A stretch of DNA of 35,803 nt from Chloroflexota bacterium (lineage in GTDB: Bacteria > Chloroflexota > UBA6077 > JACCZL01). A program made the translations under genes and the position numbers. The notes beneath the pieces were generated by a model, which saw only the letters and a list, made by a program, of their open reading frames with translations, had not been told where the DNA came from and made no database searches. The stretch lies in the NCBI GenBank assembly GCA_038318015.1, contig JBBQBU010000003.1, forward strand, positions 1 through 35,803. The letters run 5' to 3'. Of this stretch, positions 15,801-24,100 are shown one piece after another; position 1 is the first letter of the stretch, and each line of letters starts with the position of its first letter.

Positions 15801-18097
15801 CAACGCTTCCCGATGCGGCCTATCAGGCGTTGTCCATCGCTGCCGCGAAGGCACGCTTCGGCGACGGCCACCATACGGTCGGTGCGATCTCGCTCCAGGA
15901 GCCGCTGCCGCTCGATCACGGTGGTGCCAGGACATTGCAATGCCTGTTGACGCCGAGCACGGATAGCAACGCGGCGTTGCAAGTCTTCAGCCGAAACGGC
16001 GCAGGCTCCGGCTGGACACGGCACGCCGAGACCAGCCTGAGCATTGACCACCTCGATCCGAAGCACCTGTACGCACTTGCGTGGCGCCAACAACAAGGGT
16101 CACAGGATTCTGACAAGAAGGCGTCTGAGGCCGTTGCTGGCTCCTGGCTCATCTTCGCTGACCGCGCAGGCGTCGGCGCAAAGCTGGCCGAGCGACTGGC
16201 CAAGCACGGTGCTACGGCCGTTCTGATCGAGGCTGGCGAGTCGTTCAGTCTGCCAGCGGGTGACTCGGGTTCCTACACGGTGAATCCGAGCAGTCCAGCG
16301 GACTTCGACCGGCTGCTGGAGGCGCTTCGCGTCACCCATGGCGAGACGTGCCACGGTGTCGTCTTTCTCTGGGGACTTGATCTGCCGGCCACAGAGTCGC
16401 TCAGTGCCGCAGTTCTTCAGAAGGCGCAGGCGCTGGGTGTGGGGAGCCTCCTCCACCTCACGCAAGCACTCGCGCGAGCCTGTTGGGCGTCGGCACCGCG
16501 AATCTGGGGCGTCACCCAGGGAGCCGAGGCGGTGGCCGGCGAGGTCGCGCTGACGGTCTCGCAGGCTCCACTCTGGGGGCTGGGCCGGGTGATCGGGCTG
16601 GAGCATCCAAACCTCTGGGGCGGCCTCATTGACCTGTCGCTGGATGAGGCGTCGCTGGGCGCCAGCCTCGATGCGCTGGCGGCCGAGATCAGCGCGTCCG
16701 ACGGTGAAGATCAGGTCGCCTACCGAGCCGGCCAGCGGTACACAGCCCGCCTGGTTCACGCAGCCGTGCAGGACGACGTTCCCCGTCGCCTGACGCTACG
16801 AGCGGACGCAACCTACCTCGTGACAGGCGGCACTGGCAGCCTTGGACTGGAGTTAGCGCGCTGGCTGATTGACCAGGGCGCGCGGCATCTCGTCCTGACG
16901 AGCCGCAGCGGTCTGCCTGACCGGGCGGGGTGGGAAGCGTTGCCAGCTGGCTCGACGGAGCGGCGGCGAATCGAGGCGGTGCGAGCGTTCGAAGCGCGCG
17001 GGGCGAGGGTCACAGTGGCGCGCGTCGATGTGGCAGACTCGGCCGGTATGGCCGCCCTCTTGACCGCGCTACGCCTGACGCACCCACCACTGCGCGGCAT
17101 CATCCACGCCGCAGGCACGATCAATACGCAGCCGATCACTGCCCTCTCGGCCGAAGACCTCAACGAGATCATGCGTCCGAAGGTGGCCGGTGCCTGGACG
17201 CTGCACGAACTCACCAGTGACCTGGGGGCCGGCACGGACGGACTCGACTTCTTCGTCTGCTTCTCCTCGGGAGCCGCGCTCTGGGGCTCGCACGGGTTGG
17301 CGCACTACGCTGCGGCGAACCACTTCATGGATGCCCTCGTCCACCATCGGCGTCGGCTTGGCCTTCACGCCCTGAGCGTCAACTGGGGCTCCTGGGCCGG
17401 CGGAGGTATGGCCACTGGTGCGCTCGGCGAGGACTTCGAGCAGGCTGGTCTGAGCACCGTGCCGACCGAGTCGGCCCTGGCCGCGCTCGGCTACTTGTTG
17501 GCCACCGACGCGACGCAGCAAGCCGTCGCCGCCTTCGATTGGGCGACCTTCAAGCCGATCTACGAAGCTCGTCGTTCGCGGCCACTGCTCGCAGAGATCG
17601 AAGTAGCCGCGCCGGCCACGGCGCTCGTCGAACACCAGCGGCAGTCAGAGTTTCTGGAGCGCTGGGAGCACGCGCTCCCGAGCCAGCGCCCCGGTCTGCT
17701 CACGACGCTGGTGCAAAGTGTGGCGGCGCGGATTCTTGGATTCACCGAAGCGGACAAGCTCGACCGTACTCAGGGCTTTTTCAAGCTGGGAATGGACTCG
17801 ATCATGACCGTCCAGCTTCGGAGCCAGCTGGAAGCCAGCATTGGCCGCCCACTCCCGCCCACGGTGGCGTTCGAGTACCCGACAGTTGCGAGTCTGGCCG
17901 ACTACCTCGCCACGGAGATATTGCCGGTCGCGGAGGCGGGCAATGGCTCCGTCGATGTGCCGGCGGACGTGCCAGAAGCCGACCAGAACGGTCACGCAAC
18001 GCCCGAAGCCAATCTCGATGACCTCAGCACTGACGATCTGCTAGCGCTGTTCGACAAGGAGTTCGAGAGCGCTAGTGACTACGCCGAGAAGCTTTAG
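12866..18097 (+). CDS. Type I cis-AT PKS module PKS-A: KS-AT-(truncated DH)-KR-ACP-dock
   Basis: ATG 12866 after GAAGGTGG (GTG 12857 also possible). KS DTGCSSS/HGTGT/KTNFGH; AT GQGAQW, RIDVQQP, GHSLG, AASH; half DH from HPLLG without the catalytic His; KR GGTGSLG, WGSHGLAHYAAAN; ACP LGMDSI; C-terminal LDDLSTDDLLALF. Confidence 0.95.
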   Translation: MTAHPSDRTERPTPPFARPGNESKQPATQPEPIAIVGIGCRFPGGVDSPDSFWKFLVEGRDAITDIPANRFDLESTGDPELATTVEGRTRRGGFLEHLDQFDAQFFGISPREAAQLDPQQRLMLEVAWEALEDAGHRPDRLDGKHTGVYVGVWAGDQEGRLAQDAAPFDFYKHVGSGRYFASGRVSYALGLEGPSLTLDTGCSSSLVAVHLACQSLRAGECDVALAGGVNVILQPHLTDALTQGGILSPDGRCKFGDARADGYVRSEGAAVVVLKPLTQALADGDPIYALIRGGAVSNDGRSSGFLATPGSEGQEETLRRAYRNAGVSPGSVAYVEAHGTGTRAGDPVELRAIHNVFSVDRPADLPCLVGSHKTNFGHTEAAAGVAGLIKVALAVKHRVIPASLHFSEPNPGFRWEGSPVVIPTAAVPWPSGVGPALAGISSIGLAGTNAHLVLEEPPIRQSAQVRTDGGDHDRPRVLTVSGHSQGALNAAAARLQAFLDDTGSADVALDDICYTANVRRAQQEHRGAVVARDRASLSAGLAHLAAGEMASGVIVGQTGADRPKVAFVFAGQGAQWLGMGRQLLADEPVFRAAIERCSAALAPLLDGWSLLEELTADEATSKLERIDVQQPAVFAVQVALAELWRSWGIEPAAVVGHSLGEVAAAHVAGALSLEDASRVVTLRSKLLRKISGQGAMGVVGLSMDECREILVGYEDRLSIGVSNSPKSTVLSGDPTALDEVMAVVRNRDVFCRLVKIDAASHSPQTEPLLPELAAGLAMIKPQPAKLPFYSTVTGAICEGFLHDGHYWTRNLRETVLFSTAVARLVEDNFEVFVEVSPHPILVQPVEATAHAHGRSVKAVPSLQRSGDDWMVILSSLGALHVAGCAVDWTRLYPNDGTVCSLPTYAWQRDRYWFDAKSAPTGVVSWAAEAGGEPALHPLLGARLPDLAVLPGSVVWQRPLDERLARKLLGEQASDAPLPSTLPDAAYQALSIAAAKARFGDGHHTVGAISLQEPLPLDHGGARTLQCLLTPSTDSNAALQVFSRNGAGSGWTRHAETSLSIDHLDPKHLYALAWRQQQGSQDSDKKASEAVAGSWLIFADRAGVGAKLAERLAKHGATAVLIEAGESFSLPAGDSGSYTVNPSSPADFDRLLEALRVTHGETCHGVVFLWGLDLPATESLSAAVLQKAQALGVGSLLHLTQALARACWASAPRIWGVTQGAEAVAGEVALTVSQAPLWGLGRVIGLEHPNLWGGLIDLSLDEASLGASLDALAAEISASDGEDQVAYRAGQRYTARLVHAAVQDDVPRRLTLRADATYLVTGGTGSLGLELARWLIDQGARHLVLTSRSGLPDRAGWEALPAGSTERRRIEAVRAFEARGARVTVARVDVADSAGMAALLTALRLTHPPLRGIIHAAGTINTQPITALSAEDLNEIMRPKVAGAWTLHELTSDLGAGTDGLDFFVCFSSGAALWGSHGLAHYAAANHFMDALVHHRRRLGLHALSVNWGSWAGGGMATGALGEDFEQAGLSTVPTESALAALGYLLATDATQQAVAAFDWATFKPIYEARRSRPLLAEIEVAAPATALVEHQRQSEFLERWEHALPSQRPGLLTTLVQSVAARILGFTEADKLDRTQGFFKLGMDSIMTVQLRSQLEASIGRPLPPTVAFEYPTVASLADYLATEILPVAEAGNGSVDVPADVPEADQNGHATPEANLDDLSTDDLLALFDKEFESASDYAEKL

Positions 18098-18105
18098 GAA
18101 GTTTT

Positions 18106-21100
18106 TTGAACGCAATCGACTACGAGTCCCGACTGCGGAGCGCACTGCAGACACTCCAGCGCATGAAGGCGCGCCTGGATGTTCTCGAAAAGCACGAGGT
18201 CCGGCGCACCGAGCCGATCGCGATCATCGGTGTCGGCTGTCGCTTTCCCGGAGGGGTCAACGACCTCGCCTCGTACTGGGATCTTCTGGCGAACGGCGTG
18301 GATGCCATCCGGGAGATCCCCGCTGATCGTTGGGATGCGGCTGCGTACTACAACGCTGATCCGGATGCGCCGGGCCAAATGAACACCCGTTGGGGTGGCT
18401 TCCTGGACCAGATTGACCAGTTCGACCCCGAGTTTTTCGGCATCGCGCCGCGCGAGGCCAGAAAGATGGACCCTCAGCAGCGGTTGCTCCTGGAAGTGGC
18501 GATCGAGGCGCTTGAGCACGCCGGCCAGCCCCAGGATCGGCTGGTCAATAGTCGGACCGGCGTCTTCATCGGGGTGACACTCAGTGACTACCTCCAGCTC
18601 CAGGCCGACATCGACCCTTCTGAAATCGATGCCTACCGTCTGACCGGCAACGTCCTCAACGCCACGGCTGGGCGGATCTCGTACTTGCTCGGCCTCCAGG
18701 GGCCGACCATCGCGCTTGACACTGCCTGCTCGTCGTCGCTGGTGTCGGTACACCTCGCGGTCCAGAGCCTGCGGTCCGGCGAGTGCGAAATGGCGCTGGC
18801 CGGCGGCGTCAACGCGGTACTGTCTCCCGAGTGGACGATCACGCTCTCGAAGAACCGGATGCTCTCCCCGACGGGGCGGTGTCATACCTTCGATGCGAGC
18901 GCCGATGGCCTTGTGCGTGGTGAGGGCTGCGGTCTGATCGTGCTCAAGCGGTTGTCGGATGCCCAGGCAGCCGGCGACAACATCCTGGGGCTGATTCGCG
19001 GCTCCGCCATCAACCATGATGGCCCGAAAAGCGGCTTCACGGTTCCGAATAAGCTAGCCCAGCAGGCGGTCATCAAAGACGCGCTGGCGAATGCTGGGGC
19101 GAGCCCGCTTGACATCGGGTATGTCGAGGCGCACGGCACCGGCACATCACTCGGTGACCCCATCGAGGTACGGGCGCTGGCTGCCGCGCTTGGTGAGGGG
19201 CGGACCGAGGAGCAGGCGCTGGTTCTCGGTTCGGTCAAGACCAACATTGGCCACCTCGAATCGGCGGCCGGCATCGCTGGTTTGATCAAGGCACTGCTCT
19301 GCCTTCAGCATCGCCAGATCCCGCCCCACCTGCACCTCCAGCAGCCGAGTCCCTTCATCGGCTGGGATGAGATGCCGATGATCGTGCCAACGGCGATGCG
19401 TGCCTGGCAGGCCGGTTCACACGGACAACTGGCCGGCACCAGTTCTTTTGGAGCTAGTGGAACCAACGCGCACGTGATCCTGGCAGCGGCCCCGGAGACG
19501 ACCCACGAAGCCGTGCCGGCAGCCGAGCCAACTGATGCGGCCTGGCTACTCCCGATCTCAGCCCACAACTCGGCTGCGCTTCAGGCTCGCGCCGAGCTTT
19601 TCCGAGACCTGCTGGCCGATGAAGCGCAGCAGATCTCGCTGCGCGACCTCTGCTACACCGCCAGCCGGCGTCGTGCGCACCTCGATCAGCGGCTGGCGGT
19701 CTGGGGATCGACTCGCCAGGAACTGGCGGAGCACCTGGGCCGATTTGCCCGTGGCGAGGATTCTGATGGCGTCGCGAGTGGCCGGCTCGATCCAGGCCAG
19801 ACACCCCGCGTCGTCTTCGTCTGCGCTGGTCAGGGTCCGCAATGGTGGGCGATGGGACGTGACCTAGCGGCGCGCGAACCGGTCTTTCGGGCGGCGCTAG
19901 AGCGCTGCGACGCGTTGCTGCGCCCACTGAGCGGCTGGTCGCTGCTTGATGAATTGGGACGGAGCGAGGCTGACTCGCGTATTAACGAGACTGAGGTGGC
20001 TCAGCCGGCTCTCGTCTCCCTGCAGATTGCGCTGAGCGAGCTCTGGCGTTCGTGGGGCATCATCCCGGACGCCGTGGTCGGGCACAGCGTCGGTGAAGTC
20101 GCGGCGGCCCAGATCGCCGGCGTGCTGAGCCTGGAAGATGCCATCCACATCGTGTACCAGCGCGGCCGACTGATGCAACGGGCGACCGGGCACGGTAAAA
20201 TGGCCTCAGTCGAGTTGTCGGAAACCGATGCGCTCGCCGCAATAGCGCCGTGGGGCGAGCGGATATCGGTTGCGGTGGCAAACAGTCCGTCTAACAGCGT
20301 GCTGTCCGGAGAGCCGTCCGCCGTGCAAGCAGTGCTGGCTGTGCTTGAGCAGCGGGGCGTGCGCTGTCGACTGTTGCAGGTCGAATACGCCTCGCACAGC
20401 ACGCAGATGGCACCGTATCAGACCGAGCTTGTGGAATTGCTGCGTGATGTGAAGCCACGCGCGGCGAGGATGCCGCTCATCTCGACGGTGACGGGCGCGC
20501 AGGTCAGCGGTCTGGAGCTTGACGCCGGGTACTGGGGCCGAAACCTCCGCCAGTCGGTCCGCTTCGCCTCGGCGATGACCCATCTGATTTCCGAAGGCTA
20601 CGATACGTTCCTGGAAGTCGCTCCACACCCAGTCCTTACGCCGTCGATTGAAGCGTGTTTGGCTGACGCCGAGCGACCAGGAGCCGTGCTGCTGTCTCTG
20701 CAGCGCGGCCGGCCTGAACGGGAGACGATGCTGACGGCACTGGGCCAACTCTACGCACGCGGCCTACGGCCAGATTGGGAGCCGCTCACCGCCGGCGGAC
20801 ATGCTATCGATTTGCCGGCCTACCCCTGGAAGCGGCGCCGCTTCTGGCTGGAGCCGTCCGACCGGTCAACTCGCCAGACCGCTGTCCGTGCAGGCGCCGA
20901 TGCCGAGCACCCGCTGCTTGGTCGTCGGGTACGCTCCCCGATGGTCGAGGGGACGTTGTTCGAGGCTGAACTGCGTGCTGAGCGGCCGGGGTTCATCGGT
21001 GACCACGAAGTGGTCGAAGTCGTGGTCTTGCCCGGGACCGCCTATCTAGAGATAGCGTTGGCCGGTGCGGAAGCGGCATTTGGGACTGGATCACACACAC

Positions 21101-24100
21101 TCGAGGCGGTCGCGCTGGAAGAGGCGATGGTCCTGCCCGAGGGCGGTGTCCGAACCGTCCAGTTCCACCTCGATGAGCCGCAGGCCGGTTCAGCGGGCTG
21201 GCAGCTTTACGGATCAGTCGACGGTGACCGCTGGACCCGACATGCCAGCGGCACCGTCCGCCTCAATGGAGCCGGCCTGGGGGTGAGCGATCAGTTCCGC
21301 CCGGAGGAGGTTCAGAACCGCTGCCCTGACGAGATGGCGGCTGACCTCCTCTATGCCAACCTGCGTGAACGCGGCCTGGGCCTCGGCGCCCGCTTCCGTG
21401 GCGTCGAGCGGATCTGGCGCGGCCAGGACGAAGTGCTCGGTCGGATAGTACGGCCGGAAGCATTGGCGGAGGACGTCCTCCCATACCGCTTTCATCCCGC
21501 GCTGCTCGATGCTTGTCTCCAGGTAGCCGCTGCCGCCTGGCCGGGCGATGGAGCGATGTTCCTGCCGGTGGGGCTTGAGAGCCTGAGCGTGTTTCAGGCT
21601 CCCGGGGAACAGCTCTGGTGTCACGCGACGTTGCGCCCGCAGGCCGCCGGTAACAACGAAACACACACGGCTGACTTGCGTGTCTCCACGCTGTCCGGTG
21701 CGCTCGTCGCGATGCTGAGGGGTGTCAGCTTCAAGCGAGTTGAGCACGGCGTGCTCGTGCGTCTGCTGACCGGGACTGGTGCCCGCTTCAACGATTGGCT
21801 GTACGAGGTCGCGTGGCGTCCCGTGGGCAACCTTGCATCTGCGGCCCCCACGGCCAGCGACGATCTGCCAGCACCCCGCGTGCTAGTCAATGCCGCGGCC
21901 CGGTCGTGGCCTGAGATTCGCCGTCGGTGCGATCTCGCGCACTACGAGCAACTGGTGCCGGCGCTCGATGCGCTGAGTACGACCCACGCTGTTCTGGCGC
22001 TCCGAGAACTCGGTTGCCCGCTGCAACGCGGGCAGCGGTTCTCGACGCACACGCTTGCTGAACAGCTTGGCATCCAGCCCCGTCATCTGCGAGAGCTTGC
22101 TCGGCTGCTGCAGTTCTTGGAAGAGGATGGCGTGCTTCGCCGCGTTGGTGACTCCTGGGAAGTCATCGCTGAGCCGACCGTCATTGATCTCGGCCCGGCC
22201 TGGGCAGCCCTACGCGCCAAGTACCCGGCGGCGCGCGGCGAGATCGACTTGACTGAGCGCTGCGGTCAGCATCTGGCCGAAGCTCTGACCGGCCGAGCCG
22301 ATCCGCTGCAACTCCTGTTTCCGGGCGGTTCTCTCGACACCGCCGAGCATCTCTACCAGGACTCACCGGTGCTGAAGGCCTACAATACGGTGCTGCAAGA
22401 GGTCGTGCACGGCGTGGTGGCGGCGCACGCTTCTAGTCGGCGGCTTCGGGTGCTTGAGATTGGGGCGGGCACCGGCGGAACGGCATCACACCTGTTGCCG
22501 CTGCTGCCGGCTGACCAGACCGAGTACGTCTTCACGGACGTGTCGGTGCTGTTCCTGGCGCGCGCCGAGGAAAAATTCAGCACGTATCCGTTCGTCCGCT
22601 ACCAACTGCTCGATATCGGCCGCGATCCCACTGCACAAGGTCTTGCTGCAGAGCAATTTGACATCGTCGTGGCGTCAAACGTGCTGCATGCGACCGCCGA
22701 TCTTCAAGAGACGCTCAGCCACGCGCGAACGCTTTTGGCGGCCGGAGGGCTGTTGCTCCTGCTGGAGAACACCAGCCGTCAGCGCTGGGCAGACCTCACC
22801 TTTGGATTGACCGAAGGCTGGTGGGCCTTCCAGGACAAGGAGTTGCGGCCCGACTACCCGCTCATCAGCGGTGAGGCGTGGCTTGTGCTGCTTGGGCGTG
22901 TCGGCTTCGAAGGCGCGGTGGCGGCTCCCGGTCTTTCTCAGTCGGGTGGGACGGTACTCCAACAGGTCTTCATCGCGCAGGCTCCGCACACGCCCGCATC
23001 GACGGCATTGGCTCCGAACTCGGCCCCTGGCGGTTGGCTGATTCTGGCTGACAGCAATGGCGTTGGCGAGCGGTTAGCTGCTGCGGTCACGTCGCGCGGT
23101 GAACCGAGCGTTCTCGTCAGACCTGGTCCGTCCTTCGCTGAAATTGCACCGGGGCGATGGGAAATTGACCCCAGCAACAGTGCCGACTTCGAGCGTCTGG
23201 TGCGCTCGGGTTCTCAGTGGCGCGGAGTCGTTTTTCTCTGGGGGGAGGGCGCCGCACCCGCAGATCGCACAACCGTCGCTAGCCTTGAGCAAGATGGACG
23301 GCTGGGCACCGGCGGCGCGCTGCAACTCGTCCAGGCACTCGTGAAACATGCAGACGGTGAAACACCACGTCTATTCCTGGTGACGCGTGGCGCGCAGCCA
23401 ATCGGAGTACCCGACGTTCTGAATATCGCCCAATCGCCACTGTGGGGCTTCGGCCGGGCTGTTGATCTCGAACATCCAGAGCTACGATGTGTCCGCATCG
23501 ATCTCGATCCCGCACCCGAGGCCGACGTCGTGCCAGCCCTGCTGGCTGAGGTGCGCAGTCCAGATACCGAGAACCAGATCGGTCACCGTGGCGGACAGCG
23601 CTTCGCGCCACGACTCGTACGGCGTGAGTCGCTCCCTCCTGCCCCCACTGCCGTTGCCGAGCAGGCCATCCGCCTCACGATCCCTGAGCCTGGCGCGCTT
23701 GACCGCATGGTGCTCGAACCAGAAACGCGGCGTCCGCCTGGCCCCGGTGAGGTCGAGGTTCGTGTCCGGGCAATCGGTCTGAACTTCCGCGACGTACTCG
23801 TGGCGCTTGGGATGCTCGAGGGGCCGGTGGCCGAGGAACCGATTGGGTACGACTGCGCCGGTGACATCGTGTCTGTCGGTGCAGGAGTGACTGCGTTTCG
23901 GATCGGCGATGCGGTGTTTGGGACGGCCCGTGGCTGCATGGGTACCTACGTCACGGCGCCGGCCGCACCACTCATTGCCAAGCCGGACTCCCTGACTTTT
24001 GAAGATGCCGCAGCGATTCCAAGCGCCTACTTGACGGCCTACTATGGGCTGCACACGTTGGCAGGCCTCAAGGCTGGCGAGCGCGTGTTGATCCACGCTG

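Noticed and set aside
20980-21050. PKS-B DH inactive because HxxxGxxxxP reads HEVVEVVVLP
   Set aside because: The catalytic His, Pro and Asp are retained and the Gly position varies in active DHs, so inactivity cannot be called from this alone.
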